Positions 9,008-18,832 are shown, counted from the first letter of the stretch. The stretch: DNA of 37,169 nucleotides from Candidatus Woesearchaeota archaeon (GCA_964428375.1 CAYRXX010000001.1:1-37169); one strand, 5' to 3'. Program-made: numbers and translations. The notes: generated from the sequence alone by a model not told the origin.

Positions 9008-9123
9008 TTTTACTATACAATGTATACCAAAGTATACTTTTTAAGTCTTTTTGTCTCTCCGTAATTACGACAATCATAAAGTTTAAATACCTTTTCTATT
9101 TATCTATTTTAACTAAATTCAAA

Positions 9124-10320
9124 ATGAAAAATATGAAAAGAAATGTACTTTTGATTCCTTTTATAGCAGTTTTGACTTTATTCGTCGCTGGTTTTGCTTC
9201 GGCTGGATTAGCAACGGGTATAAGTACTGATTTTAATGGTGTCACCCTCGGCTCTAATGTTATTGTCGGAAACGTTAATAATGTTGTGCCAATTAGAGTA
9301 ACATTCAATTCTATTTCAAACGCAAGCGATGTCCGAGTTAAGGTATACACTGAAGGCTCTAAAGACGCTGTTTCGACAGAGACTGGAAGATTTAACATTG
9401 AGGACGGGGTTTCTTATACGAAGCTCTTGTCATTGAAGTTACCTTCTGAAAATAATTATTTGTCTGACAGATATACTCTTTATGTCGATGTTATATCTCG
9501 AGATGACCGTAGCGAAAAAACATATACGATTAGTATGCAAAGAAACTCGTATACTTTCAAGATTTTGTCTACTGACTATTCTTCGAAGGTTAGCGCTGGG
9601 GAAGTTTTCCCTATCTCCGTTGTTGTAAAAAACACGGGTTACGACAGAATGGACGACACTTATGTTGTTGCTTCTATTCCAGCCTTAGGTATCTCTACCC
9701 GAGGATATGTTGGAGATTTAATCCCAACAGAGAAGACTAAGAAGTTTAACAATGATGAAGATTCAGTATATCGAACGGTATACTTGAAAATTCCATCTAG
9801 TGTTGCTAGCGGTATTTATGAAATGGAAATTGAAGCTTACAATAATGATGCAAACACCACGGTTAAGAAATTAATCAGTGTAGGCGGATCTGCTTCGACT
9901 AGCCTTTTGGCTACCGTAAAGAATCAAGATTTGAAAGCTGGAGAAACTGCAACTTATAATTTGGTTGTTGTTAATGCTGCAAAAGACGTTAAGGTTTTTA
10001 ACTTGAAAGCTGTTTCTGGAAATGCTTTGACTGTGTCGGTGCCTTCGGTTATTACTGTTGGTCCAGATGCTACTAAGACAATTCCAGTGACTGTTACTGC
10101 ATCTGATGATGCGAAAGTTGGAACTTATACTTTCTCTGTAGATGTTAATGGCAAACAAACTGCTTTTAGTGCTAATGTTGTGAGTGGATATTCTTCCTCC
10201 TCGACTGTTGCTCTAACTGCAATCCTTGTGATTGTGTTTGTTGTTCTCTTCGCTGTTTTAATTGTTCTTCTTACAAAGAAAGAGAAGCCAATTAAAGAAG
10301 TAGAGACTAGCTATTACTAA
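9124..10320 (+). CDS. cell-surface (S-layer/CARDB-like) protein, type-I anchored
   Basis: Signal peptide MKNMKRNVLLIPFIAVLTLFVAGFASA, beta-rich Ig-like segments (VVKNTGYDRMDDTYV; TYNLVVVNAAKDVKV; VGTYTFSVDV), Ser-rich linker, C-terminal TM helix and KKEK tail. Confidence 0.65.
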   Translation: MKNMKRNVLLIPFIAVLTLFVAGFASAGLATGISTDFNGVTLGSNVIVGNVNNVVPIRVTFNSISNASDVRVKVYTEGSKDAVSTETGRFNIEDGVSYTKLLSLKLPSENNYLSDRYTLYVDVISRDDRSEKTYTISMQRNSYTFKILSTDYSSKVSAGEVFPISVVVKNTGYDRMDDTYVVASIPALGISTRGYVGDLIPTEKTKKFNNDEDSVYRTVYLKIPSSVASGIYEMEIEAYNNDANTTVKKLISVGGSASTSLLATVKNQDLKAGETATYNLVVVNAAKDVKVFNLKAVSGNALTVSVPSVITVGPDATKTIPVTVTASDDAKVGTYTFSVDVNGKQTAFSANVVSGYSSSSTVALTAILVIVFVVLFAVLIVLLTKKEKPIKEVETSYY

Positions 10321-10332
10321 TCTTGAATCTTA

Positions 10333-10349
10333 TTTTTTTTACTTTTTTT
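10333..10349 (+). terminator. oligo-T terminator (T8, T7) after the surface-protein gene
   Basis: tttttttt ac ttttttt lies 13 nt after the stop, in the gap between convergent genes. Confidence 0.4.
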
Positions 10350-10354
10350 GAATT

Positions 10355-13219
10355 TTATATTTTTAGCGACAGCACGTTTGAAATACTTTCTTGCATTGAT
10401 ACTCCGTAGAGATTTGAAGCTTCGGAAATGAGTGTGTCGTTGTGCGTTATAACAATATATTGTCCGGTTGTCATATATTTTTTTATTAAGGCGGCTAATA
10501 GTTCGGAGTTGTGTTTGTCAAGAGCGGCGTCAATTTCATCAAAAACGTAAAAACAGTAGGGCTTGTATTCTTGAATTGCGAATATCAGAGAAAGAACGAC
10601 CATTGTTTGTTCTCCCCCAGAAAGAGAGGTGACGTCGAGGTATTTCCCCTTTGACATTTTTATTAAGATATTCAACCCCCCTTCAAAAGGATTTTTTTTA
10701 TTTTCTAATTCGAGTAGTACGTCCCCCTTTTTGGACAACTGTGAAAAGTTCCTAGTGAAATATTCGCTTACGGCTGACAGCGTCGAGAAAAAAGACTTCT
10801 TCTTCTTCTTGTCTATCTCTTGGACTATTTTTTCTATTTGTATCTTTTCTTCCGATATTATTTTTACCTTGTCTTCTATTAGTTTTACCTGTTCTTCAAC
10901 TTTCTCGAAGACTTCTAGGGCTCGTAAATTTACGTTTCCTATCTTTGATATCGCAAATTGGGACTTTTGAAGTCGTTCTCTTATTTTTTCTATTGGTAGG
11001 GCTATTGTTTCGAATGAGGAAAATTCGGTAAGTTCTGAATTTAGCGAATCTATTTGTGCGTTGATTTGAGCCTTTTGGATTTTGTTGTAATTTATTTTAT
11101 CTTCGAAGTTTTTCACTGTATGTTGAAGTCCGATGATGTCAGTTTCTACTACTTTTTGTTGGTCTTGGAGGGAATTTCTGAGGTCAAAAAACTTTTGGGA
11201 TTTCTCATAAAGCTCTTGCTCTTCTGTCTCTTTTTTTGTTTCTTCTTTCTTTTTTCCCTTTATTATTAATTGAATTTTTTTAAGTTCTATCTGGGAGTTT
11301 TCTACGTCCCTTTGGTTAGCTTTTAATTCTACAGTTAGCCGTCCTGCTTCTCTTTTTTTCATTTGTATCTCGCTATCAACATCCATGTCCGTAAAAGACA
11401 ATTCTTGAAGCCCGAGTCTAGTTTCGTCATATTTTTCTTCTGTGTCTTTAAGCTCTTCATATTCTGTTCTTTTTATTTTTAATTTTTCATTTACTGATGA
11501 TAAATCATCCTTGGCATTTTTCTGTTTTTCTGTTATTACTTTAATTCTTTCTTTCTTCTCGTCGGCATTTCTTAGTTTTATTTTATCTATCCTTAATTCT
11601 TCTATTTTTGTTCTTAATTCAGATAGGTGTTCTTTCATCCGATTTATATTTAAGGTGTATTCTGTTTTGGTCTTGATATTTTCGCTTATTTCTTTAGTTG
11701 CTGTTTCTATTTTTTCATTGGCATTAATAGAAATTTTGTGTTTGTGTCCTTCTCCCACATCTTGTTTGCAGATTGGGCACATTTTTAATGCAGTTATATC
11801 TGTTTTAAGTCTCTCTTCTCGCTTTACATCCATCTCAAGAATAGCATTCTTTTTTTCTTTCTCTAAAATTTCCTTTTCTAATTTTGAGATTTGTTCGGTT
11901 ACATTAATTATTTTAGAGTTGGTTTCTAATTTGAGGGATTCGTTTAATTCTATTCCTTTCGCATATTTAATCTCATCAAATAGTGATGTTATTGTTTGTT
12001 CTATTAGCTGGACTTCCTTTTGAGATTCTATTAAGAATTTTTCGCTTTGGAGTTTTTGATTTTCTAGCGTCGATATGTCTGATTTTAAAATATAGAATCT
12101 TCTTCTTTGTCTCTCTAATATATCTAGTTTTTCTTGAAGAATCTTTTGTCTTTCTTGTTGTTTTTTTATTTCGGGGGATGCTGTGCGAGCTTCTGATATT
12201 TCCTTATTTAATCTTTCAATCTTGTATTCCAATTTTTCTATTTTTTCTTTTCCCTGAACGAATCTATTGTTAAAGTTTTCACTTCTTACCTCTAATCCAG
12301 CGAGAGTGGCCTTGATGTCCGAAAGTTCCCTATTGACGGTTTCCTGTTCGTTGGAGGTTGAAGACTGTATTTGTTTATTTACTGCGAGTATTTTATTTTG
12401 AAAGATTTCTGCCTGAACGAGTTTTTCTTGTATTACTTTTTTAATCTTGGATATTTCGTCATCGATAGTCTTGATGGATTTTTCTGCTTCTATGAGCTCC
12501 TGCTCTTTGCCATTCTTGGATTTTTCGAGGAGTGTTTTCTTGCATCGTTTTATGGTTTCCTCGAATTTCTGATAAGATAATGCCTCTTGTCGTTCTTTGT
12601 TTAGATTTTTTAGATAGGCTGTTCTCTCTCTTAGGACAGCAGATACTTCTTTTAGTTTCTCCTCGGTTTTTTCTAGTTCCTTTATAGATTTGGTTTTCCG
12701 GGTTTCGTAGATAGATATTCCAGCCACTTCTTCTATTATTTTTCTACGTTCTTCTGGAGTCGCTTTTACAAGGGACTGAATTTCCCCTTGAAGAACAATA
12801 TTGAAGCCGTTAGGGTCGATACCAACCTGGGCAAGAAGTTCTATTATATTTTGTCTGGTTTTTGTTTTTCCTTCTATTTTGTATGTGGATTGCCCGTTTT
12901 TATTTACAATTCTTTTTATTGTGACTTCGTCGGATTCTATTGAAAATGTTCTGTCGGAGTTATCGAACGTCAGTTCCACATATGCTTCTTGGGAACCTTT
13001 ATAGGTTTTATTTCCTGAAAAAAGCAGGTTCGCGGCTTTTGCGGCACGGATAGATTTTATCGAAAGTCTGCCCAAAACAAAACAAAGTGCATCTGTGACG
13101 TTGGATTTCCCGGAGCCGTTTGGTCCTACGATTACATTCATAGAGTTAGATAGGGGGATTTCTGTTTTACGTGCGAAAGATTTGAAGCCGTGCATGGTTA
13201 TTTTTTTTATGAAGGTCAT
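10355..13219 (-). CDS. SMC-family ATPase with a central CxxC hook and no recognisable hinge
   Basis: N-head HGFKSF...VGPNGSGKSNVTDAL; C-head LSGGEQTMVVLSLIFAIQ...FYVFDEIDAALD. About 640 aa of K/E-rich coiled coil is interrupted only by MCPICKQDVGEGHKH (C481, C484 of 954 aa). Confidence 0.85.
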   Translation of the reverse strand: MTFIKKITMHGFKSFARKTEIPLSNSMNVIVGPNGSGKSNVTDALCFVLGRLSIKSIRAAKAANLLFSGNKTYKGSQEAYVELTFDNSDRTFSIESDEVTIKRIVNKNGQSTYKIEGKTKTRQNIIELLAQVGIDPNGFNIVLQGEIQSLVKATPEERRKIIEEVAGISIYETRKTKSIKELEKTEEKLKEVSAVLRERTAYLKNLNKERQEALSYQKFEETIKRCKKTLLEKSKNGKEQELIEAEKSIKTIDDEISKIKKVIQEKLVQAEIFQNKILAVNKQIQSSTSNEQETVNRELSDIKATLAGLEVRSENFNNRFVQGKEKIEKLEYKIERLNKEISEARTASPEIKKQQERQKILQEKLDILERQRRRFYILKSDISTLENQKLQSEKFLIESQKEVQLIEQTITSLFDEIKYAKGIELNESLKLETNSKIINVTEQISKLEKEILEKEKKNAILEMDVKREERLKTDITALKMCPICKQDVGEGHKHKISINANEKIETATKEISENIKTKTEYTLNINRMKEHLSELRTKIEELRIDKIKLRNADEKKERIKVITEKQKNAKDDLSSVNEKLKIKRTEYEELKDTEEKYDETRLGLQELSFTDMDVDSEIQMKKREAGRLTVELKANQRDVENSQIELKKIQLIIKGKKKEETKKETEEQELYEKSQKFFDLRNSLQDQQKVVETDIIGLQHTVKNFEDKINYNKIQKAQINAQIDSLNSELTEFSSFETIALPIEKIRERLQKSQFAISKIGNVNLRALEVFEKVEEQVKLIEDKVKIISEEKIQIEKIVQEIDKKKKKSFFSTLSAVSEYFTRNFSQLSKKGDVLLELENKKNPFEGGLNILIKMSKGKYLDVTSLSGGEQTMVVLSLIFAIQEYKPYCFYVFDEIDAALDKHNSELLAALIKKYMTTGQYIVITHNDTLISEASNLYGVSMQESISNVLSLKI

Positions 13220-13240
13220 GTGTTATTTAAGGATGGGTGG

Positions 13241-13248
13241 TTTTTAAG
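13241..13248 (-). promoter_or_regulatory. TATA-like box (rc cttaaaaa) for the SMC-like gene
   Basis: Ends 22 nt from ATG 13219; weaker match and no clear BRE. Confidence 0.3.
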
Positions 13249-13275
13249 GATTGTTGGGAGTGGGGCTCTGTTGAG

Positions 13276-15063
13276 CTATCCTGAGTATCCGCCTTTTTGC
13301 AGAATCCATAATTTGTAATATTCGCCTTTCTTTTTTACAAGCTCTTTATGTGTTCCATCTTCAACTATCTTTCCTTTTTTAAGCACGACAATTCGGTCCG
13401 AATTCATAATTGTTGATAGCCTGTGGGCAATTATGATTGAGGTTCTCCCTTCTAATAATTTTGACAATGCTTTTTGAATTTCGTGTTCTGTTTTTGAATC
13501 GAGTGATGATGTAGCCTCGTCCAAAATTAAGACTTTTTTATTTGCCAAAATTGCTCTCGCTATTGATACTCTTTGTTTCTCTCCGCCAGATAATTTAACA
13601 CCTCTTTCTCCGACGATGGTGTCTTCTGTTTTTGGTAAATTTTTTATCACTTCGTCTAATTGTGCTAATTTTATCGCTCTCATTATTTGTTTTCTCGTGG
13701 CTTTTGAGTCTGCGAATTTGATATTATTATAGATTGTGTCGTCGAACAAAAGGCATTCCTGCGGGACTATCGCCGTTTCGCTTCTCAAACTTTGTTGTTT
13801 AAATTCTCTGATGTCTTTGTCGTCAATTAGGATAGAACCCTTTTGAACATCGTATAATCTGTTCAGTAACTTGACCAAAGTTGTCTTTCCGCATCCAGAA
13901 TGTCCAACGAATGCTACTTTTTCCATCGGTTTTATTTTTAGATTGAAATTTCTAAAAAATCCATCTGATTTGTATCCGAAAGAGATGTTTTTGAATTCAA
14001 TTTCACCGTTGCTGATTTTCAGGTTTTTCGCGTTGGGCTTATCTTTAATGTCGTTGGTTTCTTTGTTATATTGGAACAATCCCTGCATATCTGCCATTGC
14101 TTTATAATATCCTTTGATGCCGTACGTGAAGCCGAATAGGTTTCCGGTAATGTTTCCGTATAGTGCGTAAATAAAAACGATTGTTCCGAGGGTTATTTTC
14201 CCAGCTATAAAATCAACTAATGGGAAATAGAGTAATACCAAAACTCCCAATCCTATTATAAGTTCTTGTCCAGTGTTCATTTTGACGAAATAATTAAGGT
14301 ATTTGAGATTTAATCTTCTTGTGTTTTTTAGTAATTTCTTAAATCTGTGATTTATCCTCTTCTCTTTCCCGAAATATTTGATTGATTCCATATTGCTAAA
14401 AATATCTGCGATGAATGAACTTTCTCTGTCCTTTGCCGTGTTCCATTCTACTTGGACTATTTTTTGCAGATTTTGTAGGTGAATGCTATATGAAATAAAT
14501 AAGACAACTATGATAAATAGAACGATTGCGGGAGCGGTGGAGAACGCGAGGACAGAAAAGAAAACCATTATGAATTGCAAAATCAGTGGGCTTATATTAA
14601 ATACCATTATGTCCATCATTGTTTCCGCAGCTATTGCCCCTCTGTCAAGTTTTGAAATCAATGAACCTGTTTTGTGATTTGAATGAAACCTGTCTGAGAG
14701 GATTAGGATTTTGGAGAAATATTTTTTCTTCATATCATAGATTATCTTTGGCTCTATCTTTGTCAATAAATGATAGGATAAAAATTCACTGAAACTTCTT
14801 ATGATGACGATTGCAAAATATACAATACCTACCATTAGTAAAATATGAACGAACAGGTTTTTTGCCAAAGTTCCTGCGACATATTTTCCAGCGTCATCAA
14901 TTAACCATTTGTAAAGAAATTTGTCAGCGACGAGAAGTGCCTCTGTGATAACTGACGCTAAAATCATGGTCCAAAATAATAGCTTATATTTTTTTACGAA
15001 ACTGAAATATTCTTTTAGATTATACTTGAAATCTATTGCTTTTTTCTCGTCTTTCTTTTCCAT
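13276..15063 (-). CDS. ABC exporter, fused permease-ATPase (ABCB/MsbA-like)
   Basis: Six-helix TMD, then Walker A GHSGCGKTT, signature LSGGEKQR, Walker B VLILDEATS and H-loop IAHRL. Confidence 0.9.
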   Translation of the reverse strand: MEKKDEKKAIDFKYNLKEYFSFVKKYKLLFWTMILASVITEALLVADKFLYKWLIDDAGKYVAGTLAKNLFVHILLMVGIVYFAIVIIRSFSEFLSYHLLTKIEPKIIYDMKKKYFSKILILSDRFHSNHKTGSLISKLDRGAIAAETMMDIMVFNISPLILQFIMVFFSVLAFSTAPAIVLFIIVVLFISYSIHLQNLQKIVQVEWNTAKDRESSFIADIFSNMESIKYFGKEKRINHRFKKLLKNTRRLNLKYLNYFVKMNTGQELIIGLGVLVLLYFPLVDFIAGKITLGTIVFIYALYGNITGNLFGFTYGIKGYYKAMADMQGLFQYNKETNDIKDKPNAKNLKISNGEIEFKNISFGYKSDGFFRNFNLKIKPMEKVAFVGHSGCGKTTLVKLLNRLYDVQKGSILIDDKDIREFKQQSLRSETAIVPQECLLFDDTIYNNIKFADSKATRKQIMRAIKLAQLDEVIKNLPKTEDTIVGERGVKLSGGEKQRVSIARAILANKKVLILDEATSSLDSKTEHEIQKALSKLLEGRTSIIIAHRLSTIMNSDRIVVLKKGKIVEDGTHKELVKKKGEYYKLWILQKGGYSG

Positions 15064-15084
15064 AAAATATTGCCGTCATTGGTA

Positions 15085-15092
15085 TTTATAAA
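15085..15092 (-). promoter_or_regulatory. TATA box (tttataaa), leaderless geometry
   Basis: Ends 22 nt from ATG 15063. Confidence 0.45.
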
Positions 15093-15157
15093 ACTGGTCG
15101 TTGATGTAGAATCCATAAGCTTTAAAATGATTGGGCTTTTTATTTTACAGAGGTATT

Positions 15158-17647
15158 ATGGCAAAAAAAACGAGTGATTATGAAAAGGTTTCTGGGAAAG
15201 AGGTTATCAAGGATTTTGCAAGCAGTGGTTCTAAGGGATTATCTTCTGCCGAGGTAAAAAGGCGGTTGGTTAAGTATGGGGAGAATAAGATAGAGGAGAA
15301 AGAAGAGAGTTTTGCTCATCGGGTTCTTAGAAGATTTTATGGTCCTATTCCTATTATGATTGAGATTGCTGCCTTGCTTTCTGCGATTGTTCAGAAGTGG
15401 GACGATTTTTTTATAATAATGTTCTTGTTGTTCGCTAATGCTGGGATTGATATTTGGCAAGAGGGGAAGGCGTTGAGTGCTTTAAAAGTTTTAAAGAGTA
15501 AGCTCGCAAAGACTTCTCTGGTTTTGAGGGATGGCGAGTTTAAAACCATAAGAGCAGAGGAAATTGTTTCTGGTGATATTATTAAATTAGAGATTGGGAA
15601 TATTGTCCCTGCCGACGCTAAATTGCTTAAATTTGATGAGTTACAAATTGATCAGTCCGGATTAACTGGCGAGTCGCTTCCCGTGAAAAAGAAGATTGGG
15701 GATATTGCGTATGGGAATAGTATTATAAAAAAGGGCGAAGCGATTGCGATAGTTGTCAATACTGGGATAGATACTTATTTTGGCAATACAGTTTCGTTAG
15801 TCGCTAAGGCCGAACGAAGCGAGAAAAGCCATCTTGAACAGGCAGTTACGAAAATTGGCAAGTATTTGATATTTGTTACGATGTTCCTCGTTGCTGTTAT
15901 TCTTATTGTTTCTCTGCTTCGAGGTCAGAAGTTTCTTGAAATTTTGCGGTATGTTTTGATTCTGGCGATTGCTTCTATACCCGTTGCTTTACCCGCTATT
16001 CTCTCTATAACGATGGCTGTCGGTGCTTTGACGCTTTCTAAAAAAAGAGCTATTATTTCTAAGCTTTCTTCTATTGAGGAACTTGCTGGTATAGATACGC
16101 TTTGTTTTGATAAAACAGGTACGCTGACACAGAATAAGATGTCTATTTCAAATCCTATTAGTTTCGGGCGGAATAAAACAAAAGATCTTATGATTTATGC
16201 AGGGTTGGCTTCGAGTGAAGAAGAACACGACCCGATTGAGGTTCCTATATTTGATTATCTTAAAGAGAATAAGATTTATGAGCAACTTAGGAAATACAAG
16301 AAACTTAAATTCAAGCCGTTTAATCCTGTTGATAAAAGGACTGAAGCTATTGTTATGAAAGGTGCGGAGAGGTTCTCTGTTATGAAAGGTGCGGTGCAGG
16401 TTATTTTAAAATTATCCAAGACTCGGGATAGCAAAAAGATACAGGAAAAAGTTGATGAGTATTCTAAAAATGGGATGAGGGCTATCGCCGTTGCTGTTAA
16501 GAAGGGTTCTGAGTTTGAATTTGTTGGAATTATTCCATTGTTGGATTTGCCGAGAGAAGATTCTAAAGAAATTATAAAAGAGGCGAGAGGACTTGGGCTT
16601 AGCTTGAAGATGCTGACGGGCGATAATATTTCAATCGCAAAATATATTTCTTCCGTTGTGGGCATTGGGAAGAAGATTTTTGATGCTTCTATTTTGAAAA
16701 AAGATGAGGTTCGAACGGTTGTTGGTAAAACGCAAAATATGTCAATTCAGAATCCTGCTTTAATTAGGGATATTGATAATGCGAACGGGTTTGCGCAGGT
16801 CTATCCCGAGGATAAATATACGATAGTTGATAGTTTGCAGAAATCTGGGCATATTGTTGGGATGACCGGTGATGGTGTTAATGATGCTCCGGCGTTGAAA
16901 AAGTCTGATGGTGGCATTGCTGTTTCTGGTGCGACCGACGCTGCAAGGGCTTCCGCTGACTTGATTTTGATGGATAAGGGGCTCTCTGTAATTATTGACG
17001 CGATAAAGGAATCTCGGAAGATATTTTTGCGTATGAAAAGTTATAGCACTTATAGGATTGCTGAGACGATACGATTGATATTCTTCATAACAGCGTCGAT
17101 ACTTTTCTTCGGGTTTTACCCCGTTACTGCAATAATGGTTATACTTCTTTTAATTTTTAACGATTTGCCTATTATGACCATTGCTTATGATAATACCGAG
17201 ATTGAAAAGAATCCTGTGCGGTGGGATTTGCGAGAAGTTTTGATTGTTTCGACGCTGATTGGTCTTGCTGGTGTTGTTTCAACATTTAGTTTACTTTACA
17301 TTTCAAAAGTGTTTTTTGGATTCGGAATTTTGACGGTCCAAACTATAATGTTCCTTAAGCTTGCCGTGGCTGGAAGGACGACGATTTTTGTTACAAGGAC
17401 AAAGAGAAGATTCTGGCAAAGACCGTTCCCTGCTCCAATACTTCTCTACGTTGGGATAGGAACTGAGGTTATTGCTACATTGTTCGCGGTTTATGGCTGG
17501 TTTATCGCTCCAATAGGATGGGCTTATGCAGGAGTGGTTTGGGGCTATGCTCTAATCTGGTTTTTGCTGAATGATGAAATAAAGATGATGGCGTATAGGT
17601 ATATTGAAAAGAAAAAAGCTAAGGAGGTTCTTTATGGTAAAAAATGA
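15158..17647 (+). CDS. P-type ATPase, type III (plasma-membrane H+-ATPase-like)
   Basis: TGES, CFDKTGTLTQNKM, MLTGDN and MTGDGVNDAPALKKSD motifs; N-terminus GLSSAEVKRRLVKYGENKI. ATG 15158 is preceded by GAGGT, so the TTG at 15131 was rejected. Confidence 0.9.
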   Translation: MAKKTSDYEKVSGKEVIKDFASSGSKGLSSAEVKRRLVKYGENKIEEKEESFAHRVLRRFYGPIPIMIEIAALLSAIVQKWDDFFIIMFLLFANAGIDIWQEGKALSALKVLKSKLAKTSLVLRDGEFKTIRAEEIVSGDIIKLEIGNIVPADAKLLKFDELQIDQSGLTGESLPVKKKIGDIAYGNSIIKKGEAIAIVVNTGIDTYFGNTVSLVAKAERSEKSHLEQAVTKIGKYLIFVTMFLVAVILIVSLLRGQKFLEILRYVLILAIASIPVALPAILSITMAVGALTLSKKRAIISKLSSIEELAGIDTLCFDKTGTLTQNKMSISNPISFGRNKTKDLMIYAGLASSEEEHDPIEVPIFDYLKENKIYEQLRKYKKLKFKPFNPVDKRTEAIVMKGAERFSVMKGAVQVILKLSKTRDSKKIQEKVDEYSKNGMRAIAVAVKKGSEFEFVGIIPLLDLPREDSKEIIKEARGLGLSLKMLTGDNISIAKYISSVVGIGKKIFDASILKKDEVRTVVGKTQNMSIQNPALIRDIDNANGFAQVYPEDKYTIVDSLQKSGHIVGMTGDGVNDAPALKKSDGGIAVSGATDAARASADLILMDKGLSVIIDAIKESRKIFLRMKSYSTYRIAETIRLIFFITASILFFGFYPVTAIMVILLLIFNDLPIMTIAYDNTEIEKNPVRWDLREVLIVSTLIGLAGVVSTFSLLYISKVFFGFGILTVQTIMFLKLAVAGRTTIFVTRTKRRFWQRPFPAPILLYVGIGTEVIATLFAVYGWFIAPIGWAYAGVVWGYALIWFLLNDEIKMMAYRYIEKKKAKEVLYGKK

Positions 17648-18458
17648 AATTATCGCTATAGATCTCGGAGGAACAAACTTAAGAGTTGGGTTAGTGAAGA
17701 ACAATCGAGTAATGAAGTATATAAAAAGAAAAACTCCCAAAAGTTCATCGGGCATTCTAAAAGAAATGTATGCTCTTATTGATGGTTTAATGAGCAAGAA
17801 GGTTAAAGGGATTGGAATTTCATGCCCTGGTCCACTTGAGAGAGGAGTAATAAAGAATCCCCCAAATATTCCTTTTAAAAATTTTGATCTCGAGAATGCG
17901 ATTCGGAATAGGTTTGGATTGAAGACAAAGGTAGAAAATGACGCAAATTGTGTCGCGATTGCCGAGGAAAAATTAGGAGTTAAAAAGGCTAATTTCATTA
18001 TTTTAACAATTGGAACTGGAATTGGGGGAGGGATTATTGTAAATCATGAAATTTATGAAGGACAAGGTCTTGGGGGAGAACTTGGGCATGTTGTTCTTAC
18101 TGAAAATAATGATCTCGAAGGTCTTGCGTCTGGGAGAAGATTAAGACAGGTTACGAAGGAGAAGTTTGGGAAGTGGCTAACAATAAATGATTTGATTAAT
18201 ATTGATAATAAAAAATCTCGGGCGATTTTAAAAGAAATGTCGGGGTATCTTGGAAGGGGTATTGCATCTTTAATAAATATTTTTGATCCCGAGGTAGTTG
18301 TCTTGACTGGTGGAGTTTGTGAAACTGGAGATATTTTTCTTAATAAAATTAGAAAGGTCGCAAAGAGGCATATTATTATTCCTCGAGATGTTCCAATCCA
18401 ATGGACAAAGCTTGATCATCCAGGGATATTAGGAGCAAGTCTTTTACCTAAAAATTAG
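17634..18458 (+). CDS. ROK-family sugar kinase (glucokinase-like)
   Basis: IIAIDLGGTNLRVGLV and TIGTGIGGGII...GGELGH. ATG 17634 is preceded by AAGGAGG (17621-17627) and overlaps the ATPase 3' end by 14 nt. Confidence 0.8.
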   Translation: MVKNEIIAIDLGGTNLRVGLVKNNRVMKYIKRKTPKSSSGILKEMYALIDGLMSKKVKGIGISCPGPLERGVIKNPPNIPFKNFDLENAIRNRFGLKTKVENDANCVAIAEEKLGVKKANFIILTIGTGIGGGIIVNHEIYEGQGLGGELGHVVLTENNDLEGLASGRRLRQVTKEKFGKWLTINDLINIDNKKSRAILKEMSGYLGRGIASLINIFDPEVVVLTGGVCETGDIFLNKIRKVAKRHIIIPRDVPIQWTKLDHPGILGASLLPKN

Positions 18459-18811
18459 AATTCGTCTTCATCGGCTACAAGTTTTCCCATCTGTTTTAAC
18501 TTGCTAATTTGATTAGGGGTATATTTGAACAAGACATCTCCTTTCTCATCGTCGAATTCCCATGGTTCGATTATAATTGCGTCTCCTTCTCTTAGCCATA
18601 GCCCTCGACGTTTTCTCCCTGGAACTCTGCAATTTCTTGTTTTTCCGTCCATGCACGATACGAGCATTCTACTTGCTCCACATCTTTGTGCTATAATTCC
18701 AATGACTTCTTTTCCCCTAGGCAGTTTGACACGAACGATTTTTTCTTCTCCTGCTATGAATACTTTCGCCTTGTTGGGCTTTGACTTATCTTTAAATTTT
18801 CCAAATGCCAT
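18455..18811 (-). CDS. eif1a: translation initiation factor aIF1A
   Basis: OB-fold pattern VRVKLPRGKEVIGIIAQRCGASRMLVSCMDGKTRNCRVPGRKRRGLWLREGD. Confidence 0.92.
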   Translation of the reverse strand: MAFGKFKDKSKPNKAKVFIAGEEKIVRVKLPRGKEVIGIIAQRCGASRMLVSCMDGKTRNCRVPGRKRRGLWLREGDAIIIEPWEFDDEKGDVLFKYTPNQISKLKQMGKLVADEDEF

Positions 18812-18832
18812 GTTATGAAATAATTTTCTCCC

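Noticed and set aside
10629-12580. Several plus-strand ORFs (up to 193 aa) antisense to the SMC-like gene, rich in F, S, L and I.
   Set aside because: They are the mirror image of K/E-rich coiled-coil codons (AAG/GAA read as CTT/TTC). They are low-complexity and fully contained in a well-supported gene.
10355-15063. Reading the SMC-like ATPase plus the ABC protein as a defence island (Lamassu/Wadjet/Gabija-like), or the SMC-like protein as plain Rad50.
   Set aside because: There is no nuclease, kleisin-like or effector partner gene. The ABC protein has a full exporter TMD. The head motifs (FKSF, DEIDAALD) are SMC-type rather than Rad50-type, and mre11 is not adjacent. I kept it as an atypical chromosome-organisation protein.
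17552-17998. A 148-aa minus-strand ORF spanning the ATPase and ROK junction.
   Set aside because: It is antisense to two well-supported genes and shows no recognisable motifs.
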